64,000 nt of DNA from Octopus vulgaris (GCA_951406725.2 OX597833.1:41664001-41728000); one strand, 5' to 3'. Counted from the stretch's first letter, positions 1 through 12,734 are shown. Notes: a model not told the origin generated them from the sequence alone. Program-made: numbers and translations.

Positions 1-1278
1 CCAGTCATCTGTTTTTACTTGGTTGCCCTCTCTAATACCAACCACTTGATAGAGTGTTTTGGGTGCTCTTTACATGTCACTGGCATGGGTGCCTTTTATG
101 TGTCACTGGCACTGGCCACAATTCACTTAGCTTGACGTCTTCTTAAGCACAACAAATTGCCAGAAGTTTCAGTCACTTGTCATTGCAACTGTGAGGCTGA
201 ACAACCAAAGATCCTATTCATTATTTCACCACCTCATCCTACTGGGATGAGGTGGTGAAATCCTCCTGGGTCTACTCCTTTTGCATGGTTAATGATAGCA
301 ACATCAGCAAGCCCAGTGGATAATAATAGCAATAACAACAGTTGTTTCTTAGATAGGCACCAAGGCCAGAAGGAGTAGTTTAGTTGATTAAATTGATTCC
401 AGTACTTGACTAGTACATTAGTGTATCAAGTCCAGAGGGATGAAAGGCAAAAGTTGACTTTGGCAGGATTTGAACTCGGAATGTAACTAAATACCTCATG
501 ACATTTTGGAGACACTAATAATTCTGCTGAGCCATTACTGTTGATCATCATCATCATCATCAACATTTAATGTCCATTTTCCATGCTGGCATGGGTCGAA
601 TGGCTTGACAGGAACTGGCAAGGCCAGGGGCCACACCAGATTCCATAGTCTGTTTTGACTTGGTTTCTACAGCTTGATGCCCTTCTTAATGCCAACCACT
701 TTACAGAGTGTACTGAGTGCTTTTTACATGGCACTAGCACCCACACCAATGCTTTTTACATGGCGCTTTGGTTTTAGGGTGTCAGTTTTCTTGTAGTCGG
801 CAGGTCTTCTTGAGTAGTGCAATGCAACACATTGATGATAATAATAATAATAATAATAATTGACTTAGGCACAAGGTCAGCTATTTTGAGAGGAGGAGAT
901 TAGTCAACACCATTGACTCCAGTACTTGATTAGTGCTAAATTTTATTGATTCTGGAAGGATGAAAGCAAGTTGGCCTCATTGGTATTTGAACTTAAAATT
1001 TAAAGACCTGGAAGAAATACCACAAAGTATTTTGTTTAATACTTTAACAATTCTACCAACTTACCACCCTTGTAACAATAATGATATTCATTTTTATATA
1101 CTTGAATAAACTGAATACAAAACCAGAGAAGAATAAGGTGATATATTTTATTTGTCTTTGAATATATTTGTTTGGTGAAATGAAAGTACATTTCTAAAGT
1201 AAATCATTAATTTATTTACATGTTTCACCAATTCTTACTAATTTCATGACCATTTTTTATTTGTTTTATTGCTTATAG

Positions 1279-1318
1279 AACCTGGAAGTTGTATCTTCAT
1301 CTTTGACCCAACAGAAAG
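1279..1318 (+). CDS. NSUN2: NSUN2 tRNA m5C methyltransferase, third-last coding exon (upstream exons lie outside the window)
   Basis: tag acceptor at 1276-1278 and gtaag donor at 1319. Reads xPGSCIFIFDPTE(S) and joins the next exon in phase; resembles human NSUN2 GSIVLKYEP. Confidence 0.85.
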
Positions 1319-1332
1319 GTAAGCACTGTTCA

Positions 1333-1725
1333 TCAATCATCATCATCATTTAACGTCTGTTTTCCGTGCTAGCACAGGTTGGACGGTTCGACTGGGGTCT
1401 GGGATGCCAGGAGGCTGCACCAGGCTCCAGTCTAATATGGCAGTATTTCTACAGCTGGATGCCCTTCCTAACGCCAACCACTCCATGAGTGTAGAGGGTA
1501 CTTTTTACGTGCCAGGGGAGGCTGGCAGTGGCTATGATAAGTTTTTTCCCTTTTACGTGCCACCGGCACAGAAGCCAGTCAGTGCAGCGCTGGCATCAGC
1601 CACGTTCGGATGGTGCTTTTTATGTGCAACCGGCACAGAAGCCAGTCAGGGCAGCGCTGGTATCGGCCATGTTTGGATGGTGCTTTTTATGTGCCACTGG
1701 CACAGGTATCACAACTACAATTTCC
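1333..1725 (-). mobile_element. SINE-like repeat with (ATG)n 3' tail and internal ~65-nt tandem units
   Basis: Related copies at about 545-760 (-), 3410-3830 (-) and 58305-58556 (+). Repeated unit ggatggtgctttttatgtgccaccggcac. Confidence 0.75.
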
Positions 1726-1956
1726 ATATTCATAAAAGTAGTGAGCTGACAGACTTGTTTGTGAATTGGACAAAATGCTTAACAGCATTTCTTCTGGTTC
1801 TTTACATCCTGATTTCAAATACTGCAGAGGCTGATTTTGCTTTTCATCCTTTCAGGGCTGATAAAGTAAGTACCAACTGAGCACTGAGGTTGATATAATT
1901 GACTAGCCCCATCCTCATAATTACTGGCCTTGTGCCAAAATTTGAAACCATTTATA

Positions 1957-2332
1957 TACTCTTTTACATGTTTCAGTCATTTGACTGTGGCCATGCTGGA
2001 GCACCGCCTTTAGTCGAGCAAATCGACCCTGGGACTTATTCTTTGTAAGCCCAGTACTTATTCTATCGATCTCTTTTGCCAAACCACTAAGTGACGGGGA
2101 CGTAAACACACCAGCATCGGTTGTCAAGCAATGCTAGGCGTACAAACATATATATATATATACATATACGACAGGCTTCTTTCAGTTTCCGTCTACCAAA
2201 TACACTCACAAGGCATTGGTCGGCCCAGGGCTATAGCAGAAGACACTTGCCCTAGATGCCATGCAGTGGGACTGAACCCGGAACCATGTGGTTGGTTAGC
2301 AAGCTACTTACCACACAGCCACTCCTGCACCT
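1957..2332 (-). mobile_element. tRNA-derived SINE family 1 (CORE-like block, internal TA/TG microsatellite, LINE-derived tail)
   Basis: A/B boxes (TGGCTGTGTGG, GGTTCAGTCCC) and a caccttgggcaagtg CORE-like block. About 14 copies in the window. Confidence 0.88.
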
Positions 2333-2737
2333 ATGTTTATATTACCAGAGTAAGTGTTAAGTGGGTGAGAGAGATTAATCTGCTATCTGGATGAAGCATT
2401 AGATTCTTACAGATAGAATGAACTTGGCACTGCGAACTAACCAAATATTTGTTAATTCTACAATGCTGTTGCTTTCTGCATGGAATTAAACTACCATCCT
2501 GTGATCCCTATGTAGAGCTCACTTATCTTGGCCATGGATGAAACATATCAATACCAATGATAAGATATGATCCACTTAGCATTTTGATTGATCAATCGGC
2601 TTGTTTGTTGGTTGATTGTATCATTTAAATTTCTCATAGCTGTAAGGATTGAAAAGAGAACAGACAAATAACCCTGTTTAATAAAAAATTTAAATGATAA
2701 ATAACACTCTGGATTTTTCTGTGTCTCTGATTATTAA

Positions 2738-2958
2738 CCCTTTAGTGTTCAGATTAATCTGTTAAGTGTAATACTTTTTTCTCTCAAATCATTTAAAATT
2801 AATCATACATTATCTTACAGCTTTGAAGTTTCAATGGTGTGATAGTTTATTCTTAGAATGTCAATGTAGGTTAGGTGTGAGAGGCTAGATATGGCCAGTT
2901 TGAATGTAAAACATGTAGGATATTTGGGTCAGATATGGCCGGCTTCAACACCAAAGGG
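2738..2958. mobile_element. piggyBac-like MITE family A (~220 bp)
   Basis: TTAA-CCCTTT...AAAGGG-TTAA. Copies at 4547-4766, 51249-51864, 51899-52089, 55301-55956, 55443-55661, 56342-56601 and 56656-57197. Confidence 0.85.
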
Positions 2959-3009
2959 TTAATCTTCTGTGAAATTATGTCTTATTTCTCTCTTTGTCTT
3001 CTTTGACAG

Positions 3010-3137
3010 TGATCCACAACCAGAATGTCAACTGATCTTTTGTGGTTGGAAAGGTAAAACCTCAGTCCGTTCATTTGTGGGGAAACATGAACGATCCCAT
3101 TATCTTAGGCTGTGTGGAGTAGAATTTGAAGATTTAC
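3010..3137 (+). CDS. NSUN2: NSUN2 penultimate coding exon
   Basis: Polypyrimidine tract plus cag acceptor; gtaagt donor at 3138. DPQPECQLIFCGWKGKTSVRSFVGKHERSHYLRLCG matches recalled human NSUN2 [32 protein letters not shown]. Confidence 0.92.
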
Positions 3138-3409
3138 GTAAGTTAAACCATTTGGATTTTATTTATTTATTTTTTTTTGTGTATTTTTCACCTGTGGTTG
3201 ACCAAGACAGTCAGCACCTCTCACTTGCAGACATATACATACATACATACATACAGTATATATGCATGCGTGCACACGGGGGTGGGTGGGAAACAAAACT
3301 GTTTTGACTAATAAAGAAAGACAAGCTTGAAGAATAATTAACAAACACTATTGCCAGGAGTTAGTGAATCTAAACACCTAGTATTCAGCCATATAACATT
3401 GCTAACAAC

Positions 3410-3830
3410 ATCAATCATCATCATCGTTTAGCGTCTGCTTTCCATGCAAGCATAGGTTGGACGGTTCAACTGGGGTCTGGGAAGCCAGAAGGCTGCACCA
3501 GTCCCAGTCTGATCTGGCAATGTTTCTACAGCTGGATGCCCTTCCTAATGCCAACCACTCCGTGAGTGTAGTGGGTGCTTTTACGTGCCAGACGAGGCTG
3601 GCAAACGGCCATGATCGGATGGTGCTTTTTATGTGCCACCAGCACGGAGACCAGACGAAGCTGGCAACAGCCACGAATCGGATGGTGCTTTTTATGTGCC
3701 ACCGGCACAGAAGCCAGTCGGGGCGGTGCTGGCTACGGCCACGTTTGGATGGCTCTCTTACGTGCCACCGGCACTGGTGTCACAGCTACAAATTCCATTG
3801 ATTTTGATCGAATACGATTTTGATTTTCAC
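3410..3830 (-). mobile_element. Same (ATG)n-tailed SINE-like family, in the last NSUN2 intron
   Basis: High similarity to 1333-1725. Confidence 0.75.
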
Positions 3831-4122
3831 TTGCCTTCACAAGTGGAGCTTTGTGTCCCAATAATAACACTAATCCTTTCTACTAAAGACACAAGGCCTG
3901 AAATTTGGTGGGAGGGGACTATTCGATTACATCGACCCCAGTGTTTCACTGGTACTTAATTTATCGACCCTGAAAGGATGAAAAGCAAAGCAAATAAAAA
4001 GTGAAGAGTGTTTTCCCCAAGAAAAATATCAAAGTAATATTATGTAATTAGGTCTTTAGTAATTGCTAACTGTGTATGTTATTGTTGGTTTCTGTGTCAT
4101 GAAATTGTTCTGTTGTTTTCAG

Positions 4123-4403
4123 ATAAAGAGACTCAAGCGAAAACAGAGCAGAATACAGAAAATGTTACGGACAAAGTCAATGATACTGCTGCTGTTGATG
4201 GTAAGGATTCTGAGGAGGAAATAGAAAAAGAAGATGCAAAGAAGAAGGTGGACAAAGAAGAAGTGAAGGAGGAAGAAGAAATCAAAAAGGAGGGTGTGAA
4301 GAAAGAGAAAGACTGCAAAGATGGTTTGGTTGGCAATGATGCACCTCCAGAAGTGATGGAGGTAGATGCAGAGACTCCATCGTCAACTAAACCTTCAAAT
4401 TAG
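4123..4403 (+). CDS. NSUN2: NSUN2 terminal exon, acidic E/K-rich disordered tail
   Basis: tttcag acceptor in phase 1, compatible with the previous exon. TAG stop at 4401-4403 and AATAAA at 4468-4473. Confidence 0.85.
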
Positions 4404-4467
4404 AACTTCTGTATTCATACATCATTATTCATCATTCTTGATGCATTTAAGATGACATTTAAAAAGG

Positions 4468-4473
4468 AATAAA
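4468..4473 (+). terminator. Candidate polyadenylation signal of NSUN2
   Basis: AATAAA about 65 nt after the stop codon. Confidence 0.5.
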
Positions 4474-4546
4474 AAAATTTATTAAAAATCTGTCACATCT
4501 CAGCTTTCAATTTTCATCACCGTTTTAAGTTGTTGTTTAGCTTTAA

Positions 4547-4766
4547 CCCTTTAGCATTCAAACCGGCCATATCCGGCCAAAATATTTAACCTGTTTCATA
4601 TTGAAACTGACCAGATCTTGCCTCTCACCTCAGCCCTACCATGTCATTCTAAAACTAAAAAATCACATCACTGAAATTTCTAAACTACAAGATAATGCAT
4701 GATTAATTCAAAACAATATAAACAAACAAACATCACATTTGACAGAATAATCTGAACATTAAAGGG
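4547..4766. mobile_element. piggyBac-like MITE family A copy
   Basis: TTAA TSDs and CCCTTTA TIRs. Confidence 0.85.
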
Positions 4767-4996
4767 TTAAAGCAGTTCTGATCAGGTATAACTATCTTTT
4801 ATCTTTTGTTTGTTTCAGTCACTGGACTGTGGCCTTGCTGGGGAATCGCCTTGAAGGGTTTATCAACCTTAGTATCTATTTTTTAAGTCTGGTATTTAAT
4901 TCCATCGCAGTATTTCTGCTGAATCACTAAGTTACAGGGATATAAGCAAACTAACACTGGTTGTCAAGCCATGGAGGGAACTACTACTCTAAGTAT

Positions 4997-5614
4997 TGCA
5001 TCATCCATACTCTCAACAATGCGCCCTTAAATATGGTTTCTGATTACAAATATCTTGGGTCATACATATCATCATCTGGAAAATATTTTCTAACTAGAAA
5101 GGGTATGGCCTGGTCAGCCTGTAATGACATGCATAAGATCTGGTCATCAAATCTAAGTAGAGACCTCAAACTTGAAATCTTCAAAGCCACAGTCGAACCA
5201 ATTCTACAATATGGCTCAGAAACCTGGACGTTATCAAAGAAGCTTGAGAGGCGGTTGGATGGAACCTACACTCGCCTCCTTATGAGAGCTCAAAATCTCT
5301 CGTGGAAGCGTCATCCAACCAAAATGCAAATATATGGGAAACTACCACCTGTGTCATCTCTTGTGAAGAGTAGGAGAGTCCAGTTTGCTGGACATTGTTG
5401 TAGAGCTGAAAACGAGGCAATTTCTACTCTTCTCCTCTGGAAGCCAGCTACTCGCAATACCAGAGGGTGCACACTCTCCTACCCTGATGTAATCTCCAGG
5501 GATACAGGCATCCAGCAACAGGACCTCTGTAATGCTATGATGGACCGTGAAGTGTGGCATAGCATGGTAAATTCCATTGTCTCGACCACGGTCGAACAAT
5601 GATGAATGATGATG
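4997..5614 (+). mobile_element. 5'-truncated RTE-clade LINE (RT C-terminal region)
   Basis: ORF with YKYLGS and LQYGSETW motifs, (TGA)n tail, 11-bp TSD actctaagtat at 4986-4996 and 5615-5625. Confidence 0.9.
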
Positions 5615-6571
5615 ACTCTAAGTATGTGTCCTTAAGCTGAATAGTATGGGGGAGAGAAGAGCACTTACCATAGTGTTCTGGGTGAGCAGGTTGACTCGAG
5701 CTGTGGAGTTCCTTGGTGCTGTTTCTCACCTATTGGGGAATTTCACTATAGTTTTTTTGTTGTTGTTTACACCCCTTTGTGCAAATTCCTACTGTCTTTG
5801 TATTGTCCTAAATGTGTTTCTTTTTGCATCCCTCATGGTCAATAAAGTATCATCATCATCATCGTGAGCTGAGCATGCTGGGCAAAATGCTTACTAGTAT
5901 TTTGTCTGTCTTCACATTCTGAGTTCAATTTTCCCTGAGGTCAACTTTACCTTTTATCCTTTCAGGGCCAATAAAATAAGTTCCAGTCAAAAACTGGGGT
6001 CAATGTAATCGACTGGTCCCCTACCCCAAAATTTCAGGCCTTGTGCCAATAGTAGAAAAGATTAGCAGCAGCAGTAGAGCTAGCAGAAGTATTAGTGGAT
6101 TGGACAAAATGCTTAGGCACATTTCTTCCAGCTTTATGTTCAAATTCTTATTTCATATTTCTTTACTGCCCACAAGGGGCTATACATAGAGGGGACAAAC
6201 AAGGACAGACATAGGTATTTAGTCGATTACATCAACCCCAGTGTGTCACTGGTACTTATTTAATTGACCCCAAAAGGATGAAAGGCAAAGTCGGCCTCAG
6301 CGGAATTTGAACTCAGAACGTATTGACAGATGAAATACCGCTAAGCATTTTCTCCGGCGTGCTAACGTTTTTGCCAGCTCACTGTTCAAATTCTACCAGC
6401 CTTTTAAGGTTGCTAAAAACAAGTACCAGTCAAATGCTATGGTCAATGTAATTGACTTGTCCTCTCTCTCAAGATGTTCAGCTTTCTGCTTATAGTAGAA
6501 AGGATTATTATTTTTATTGGGACAGTTGTTTGGCCGAATTGTTAAAGTTGGACAAAATGCCTTGCTGTTAT

Positions 6572-6952
6572 TCTTTTACATGTTTCAGTCATTTGACTGT
6601 GGCCCTGCTGGAGAACTGCCTTTAGTCAAAGAAATTTACCCTAGGACTTATTCTTTGTAAGCCTAGTACTTTTTCTATCAGTGTCTTTTGCTGAACTGCT
6701 AAGTTTTGAGGACATAAACACACCAACATTGGTTGTCAAGCGATGGTGGGAGAACAAGACACACACATAAATATATATACATATATACAATGGGCTTCTT
6801 TCAGTTTCCATCTACCAAATCCACTCACCAGGCTTTGGTCAACCTGAGACTATAGCAGAAGACATTTTCCCAAGGGGCCATGCACTAGGTCTGAACCCAG
6901 AACCATGTGGCTGGGAAGCAAGCTTCTTACCACAAAGCCAAGCCTGCACCTA
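6572..6952 (-). mobile_element. SINE family 1 copy (CpG-decayed)
   Basis: Colinear with 1957-2332. Confidence 0.82.
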
Positions 6953-7132
6953 CATACTGAATTCAAGTTCTGCTGAAGTCAGCTTCAACTTTCATCTATT
7001 TAGGATCAATAAAGAGCCTGTCAACCCATCCTCCCTTCAAAAATTGTTGGTCTTGTGCCTAAATCATAAACCATTGTTAAGGCAAAGGAGCAGACTTCTT
7101 AGATTTTCAGGGAAAAAAATACCATACGACAC

Positions 7133-7510
7133 AGGTGTGGCTGTGTGATAAGAAGTTTGCTTCACACCACATAGTTCTGGGTTCAACCCCACTGTGTGAT
7201 ACCTTGGGTAAGTGTCTTATACTATAGCCTCAGGCTGACCAAAACCTTGTGAGTGGGTTTGGTAAACGGAAACTAAAAGAAGCCCATCATATATACGTGT
7301 GTGTCTCTGTTTGTCCCCCACTACTGCTTGACAACCAGTGTTGGTGTGTTTATATTCCTGTAACTTAGCAGTTCTGCAAAAGAGACTGATAGAATAAGTA
7401 TCAAGTTTAAAAGAAAAGGTACTGAGATCGATTCATTTGATAAAAAAATTCTTTATGGCAGTGCCCTAACATGGCTGCAGTCTAATGACTGAAACAAGTA
7501 AAAGATAAAA
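7133..7510 (+). mobile_element. SINE family 1 copy (older)
   Basis: Head ggtgtggctgtgtg, tail tgactgaaacaagtaaaag. Confidence 0.8.
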
Positions 7511-7639
7511 GATGGTATTTCTTCTGGCTTTTTATATTTTTAGATCAAATCTCACTGGAAACTGTCACTACACATGTGATTCCGCTAATGGTTATAAATA
7601 TTTTAAGAGAGATAATTATTTCATCATAGGGTAATGGTT

Positions 7640-7977
7640 AAAGGCCCCCTTCAGTTGTGAATGGCCATGGGATTGTACCTAGAAAGTTCCCCTCTGAGGT
7701 CACAAGTCCAGGCAAGGTTGTTCATGGAAGACCAACAGTTACTCATGCATGCCAGCCTCCGCTCTCCACACCACCAATGTTATTCAAGGGAAAGGCAAAG
7801 GCTGATAAAGCTTCGCACCAGTGATGTCACAACTCATTTCTACAGCTGAGTGAACTGGAGTAACATGAAATAAAGTGTCTTGCTCACGAAAACAACACAT
7901 AGCCCAGTCCAGGAATTGAATTCACTGCCTTGTGATTGGGTGTCCAACGTTTTAACCACTGAGCCATGCACCTTCAC
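7640..7977 (-). mobile_element. tRNA-derived CORE-like SINE family 4
   Basis: Reverse complement of 13496-13825; gagcaagacactttatttc...ctccagttcactcagctgtagaaatg block. Confidence 0.78.
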
Positions 7978-8250
7978 AAGGAGAATGAGGCAGGATTAGA
8001 AATTTCAAATTAAATTTAAAGAATTATAAAGAAAAAGATGCATAGAATTCACGTATTTGACTTTTTATATCTTTATTTACTTAATATGAAGCTCTGAAAG
8101 TTTCCACTCAGTGGTAATCATGTATAATATTTTTCGAAAACATCAGGATAACATAACTTGTGAATTATTATTATATTTTCTGGCAAGCAAGTCAATGCAA
8201 TATATTTAATGAAAATGTAGTGTAAACATTCAAATACTATCACTATCACT

Positions 8251-8422
8251 AGGTGTAGGAGTGGCTGTGTGGTAAGTAGCTTGCTTACCAACCACATGGT
8301 TCCGGCTTCAGTCCCACTGTGTGGCACTTTGGGTAAGTGTCTTCTACTTTAGCCTCGGGCCGACCAATGCCTTGTGAGTGGATTTGGTAGACGGAAACTG
8401 AAAGAAGCCTGTCGCATACATG

Positions 8423-8453
<31 letters not shown>

Positions 8454-8645
8454 TTGTTTGTCTCCCCCAACATCGTTTGACAGCTGATCCTGGTGTGTCT
8501 ATGTCCCTGTAACTTAGTGGTTTGGCAAAAGAGACCAATAGAATAAGTACTAGGTTTACAAAGAATAAGTCCTGGGATCGAGTTGCTCGACTGAAGGCAG
8601 TTCTCCAGCAGGGCCACAGTCAAATGGCTGAAACAAGTAAAAAAG
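8251..8645 (+). mobile_element. SINE family 1 copy
   Basis: Full head-to-tail match to the family. Confidence 0.85.
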
Positions 8646-9668
8646 TATCTTTCTACATTCTGCTGCTTTTCACATGAAATTTTGGGTCCTCCAAAATTGA
8701 CCTTCCCATTTTTGGGAAAAATTCAACTTGCATGCTAGAAAATACAGTATTTAAATATTTTATGAAGTGAGACATTTCATTAAAGATAAAAATAATTAAT
8801 CTGGAAGAAATCCATGCCAATGTTGTCCTTTTTCTTCACAGGACATTAGTAGAATTTGTTGAAAATTTTTGACAAGTCTCTTAGTTTTAAACAGTTTGAC
8901 ACGACTCTTAGTTTTAAACAGTTTCACTATTTGTAGATTGTTGTAAGCAGACTTCTGTTATTTAAATGTAAAAGTCACAATGACCTGATACATGGGACTT
9001 ATATAGAGTAAGCTTTCTGCTTCCTGTAACAAATTACCATTATTTGTTAACACGGTCAGTGGGTGTTGAAGAACAATATTTTTCTGAAACATTAAAATTA
9101 AACAAAAGACAAACACATGATAAATTACTTTACAGGATTGTCTTTTTGTTATTTTTAAAATTTTTTCTCTCTTTTTTTTTTGTTACTTTTATTCTTACAA
9201 TGGCTTCAGCCATTGAACTTTATGAGATCACAACAATTCATTTATTACAAAGTAATAAAAAATATAATGGATGAAATGGGTTTCAAAGATAAATATACTT
9301 TGGTCGTAAAGGTTATATTTTTTTTGTTTGATACTGCACATGATTTGACTCACAGATATTTCACTGGCTCGTTCAAACATATCAGAAGACATATGGTCAG
9401 TAAATAATTTATTGCTTTTTAACAGCAATCTATAATAAAAAAATTGTATATGGTACATAGAGAAAAGAGAGCTAAAGGATAAATTATCAATCATCTTTCA
9501 TCTCACACTTATTCTTTTATCGGTTTTAGTCACTGAACTGAGCCCAAACTGAAGCACCGCCTTCAAGAATTTTACTTCATTGTAATGACTACCATTTATC
9601 AGGTAATTATTTGATATATTTTGGAGGAAGGTGAAAAGCAGTCAACTAGATGTAAAGGGACACAACGG

Positions 9669-10081
9669 GGATCTTTTCGGTTTGAATGGCAGTTTTTTAA
9701 AATAATTTCCACGTAACTAAACACTTTTAAACTTCGTATACTGGTAGAATGTGTTTATAAAACATCTTTTTCTCTTGGCTTTATTGAGAAAATTCTATAG
9801 TTTGTAAGATATTTGTTGTTTTGTTTCTTCAATTTCTGCAATTTCAACCAATCAATGACGTCTATGGAGGTGTAAAACATTCTGTGCCATATGAATATGT
9901 CCCTTGTTTAAGAAACAGATTGGGTTTATTTACATTTCTGAAGAAAAAAAAGATACCCTTCCCCCCACCCCTAACCCTAAAACAGATTGAAATGCAATAG
10001 ATCGATACTAGGGTCATAATTATGGGTGACAATTTCATCTGACACCGCTAGAAAAAACTGCCGTTCAAACCGAAAACATCC
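9669..10081. mobile_element. GGATC-ended MITE with internal CCCTAA repeats
   Basis: TIR ggatcttttcggtttgaa(c/t)ggcag; perfect 8-bp TSD cacaacgg. Confidence 0.9.
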
Positions 10082-10536
10082 CACAACGGAGACAGATAAA
10101 TTACCACAAGGTATTTTTTTGTTCAACACTGATTTTGTTTTCCATGCCATTACAACACAGGCACACACATGTGTGTATGTGTGTGAAAGTGTGAGAGCCA
10201 GTGATTACAGTGTTTGGCTCTCATATGGTCTTGAGTTCAGTTCTTGCACTGAGTGGCACATTGTGTCTTTGAGCAAGGCACTTTATTTCACATTACACCA
10301 GTCTACCCAGCTATGATGAGAACCAGCCAGATGTTGGCACAGTTCTCTCTCTCTCTCCCTACACATACCCACACACCAATTGTCACATCATGAATCTTCC
10401 ATGTCTCTATGTCTGCTTATAACTACACAGGCACCTAAAACAATTAGCAAAAGCATGATAGAACAACATTACCAAGACATACTTACTCTTAGGTGGTGGC
10501 TTGCTGTTTTTTCTTTTCTTCTGAATATACATATAT

Positions 10537-10923
10537 GGAGGCGCAATGGCCCAGTGGTTAGGGCAGCGGACTCGCAGTCGTAGGATCGCGGTTTCAATTC
10601 CCAGACCGGGCGTTGTGAGTGTTTATTGAGCGAAAACACCTAAAAAGCTCCACGAGGCTCCGGCAGGGGATGGTGGTGATCCCTGCTGTACTCTTTCACC
10701 ACAACTTTCTCTCACTCTTTCTTTCTATTTCTGTTGTACCTGTATTTCAAAGGGCCGGCCTTGTCACTCTCTGTGTCATGCTGAATATCCCCGAGAACTA
10801 CGTTAAGGGTACACGTGTCTGTGGAGTGCTCAGCCACTTACACGTTAATATCACGAGCAGGCTGTTCCGTTGATTCGGATCAACCGGAACCCTCGTCGTC
10901 GTAACCGACGGAGTGCTTCCACA
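10537..10923 (+). mobile_element. tRNA-derived SINE family 2
   Basis: A box TGGCCCAGTGG and B-box-like GGTTTCAATTCC. Near-identical inverted copy at 23248-23615; related head at about 17150-17342. Confidence 0.87.
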
Positions 10924-11518
10924 TATACATCTGATAAGTTTTGGCACAGATTCTGACTACTAAATTTCGCTCACAAGACTAACTAGGGTGGGAAACACTA
11001 TCCAAAGGTGTAGAAGGGAGTTAAGCATGAAACCATCAGGTTGCAAAGTAAAAACAAAACATTCTAACCTTATACCATACTGTTTATTTAAGGGTAGGAA
11101 TACGCTTGATGTAAATTTTCTAACATATGTCTATAATTCTGCACCAATACTGTCTTATTATAGTTGCTTGCATGCAATAATGTTGTTTACATGTGAAGAA
11201 TCTTTAGAGCCTGTTCATCTTTTTGTTTTTATTTTCTTTCAACAAGAGCATAGTATTTGAAGCATCATGAACTTATTAATAATTAAGTTAAGAGTCACAC
11301 TAAATCCACTTCCATCTGGAAAAGAAACTATTCCATAGATTATCACTTCCAGTTGGAACTGTTAAAAAAGTAGCATTAAATGAGAAACATTCATTCAGAT
11401 TAAAAATACAGTTTGAAGCACATATGTTTACCCTGCTACATTTCAAATATGTGTGTGTGTGTATGTGCACATGTATGTGTGTGTGTGTGTGTGTATGTAT
11501 GTGAAATTTGAAGACCAA

Positions 11519-12174
11519 TCAGTTTGTAGAGGCTACAACATCAGATAGATTAAGGCAACAGTCAGGTAGAGTGAGGGATTCTTTTGTATTCTCTGAAATT
11601 GGTAAAAATTGGAAAGCAGAAATTTTGTAATGCAACAACTTCCGAATTTGTAAGCGACATATGTGTAGGAGTCTGTTGGGGTTGCATGTAACATTCTGTA
11701 GTGTGAGAATAAATGGTTTGTCAGGAAATGAATCCGATGTGTCACGGAAGGCACTATTACAAGAAACCATGTGCTGCCAACAAGTATCAGTCTGAAGATT
11801 ATAACCAGCACGAACCAGCAATCGAATGCTGTGTTTGCGCTGGTCTAGTAAATTATTACCAGCTTCACATGACATTAAAATAGCAAGAGGTGTCAACCCA
11901 GCATGGTTTCTGTTATTAGATATGGCACCATAAAATATTAAGTTCTTCAAAATAAGTGGGTGATAGTAATCACAGGCAAGATGTAGAGGGGTCTCCATAA
12001 AACTATTTAATATGTTAACATCAGCTCCACATTCAAGTAAGGTTTGAACAACTTCTAAGTGACCATATTGTACAGCCCAATGTAGACAAGTGTTCTGTAC
12101 ATCTCTGTAGTCCAGACTGCCTCCTTCTTCTTCTTCTATTTGATTTCCTGGGATTTGACAGTTCACATTGGCTC
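11519..12174 (-). CDS. ASB-like protein terminal exon (ankyrin repeats plus C-terminal SOCS box)
   Basis: tttcag acceptor. Ankyrin motifs TCLHWAVQYGHLEVVQTLLECGADVN and TPLHLAC; SOCS-box-like PNRLLHICRLQIRKLL...LPISENTKESL. Confidence 0.92.
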
Positions 12175-12734
12175 CTGAAATCATAGAAATTAATTAAAAA
12201 ATAGCAAAAATGTTATAAATCTTTAAGTAAACAGGAATGAATAAATTGCACTCATATCTGGGACAGGGCTGCTATAATCCACACATATATCCTAAACTGC
12301 ATTCAAAAGAGGCTAATCTAGCTGATTTATAGACTCACCTACCAACACACTACAAACTCTGGCCTGTAGACAGGTTGTTGTTGCATCTCATTACTTATTT
12401 TACTACTCCTACAGTAGTTTCTGCTCCTTTAAATTAGCTAACAGTATACTCTTTTCCCCCAGACCCACAAAACCAAACATCTGTTCTTGCTGTCACACCT
12501 CCCAAACTCCACACTAAACACTTTAACCAATTTTTTCCTTCCTCTGAGCTATAACTACCTTTAATTTGCCCACCCATCTATGTTTTTTCCAATAGATGTT
12601 TAAATGAAACATCAACCATTGCAATTACACCAATCTGGAAGGAGTGCCTGAACAAGTCAAAAGCCCTGACCTACTCCCCGTCTGTCTTATCAAACAAAAA
12701 TGTTAGTCCTAAAGTGTAATGAAGAAGCACTATA

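Noticed and set aside
1404-1880. 158-aa ORF and similar ORFs at 3457-3959
   Set aside because: Lie within multi-copy SINE-like repeats in NSUN2 introns; no protein motif.
3053-3059. Possible internal splice donor AAG|gtaaaa
   Set aside because: NSUN2 similarity continues through GKTSVRSFV...HYLR to the stronger donor at 3138.
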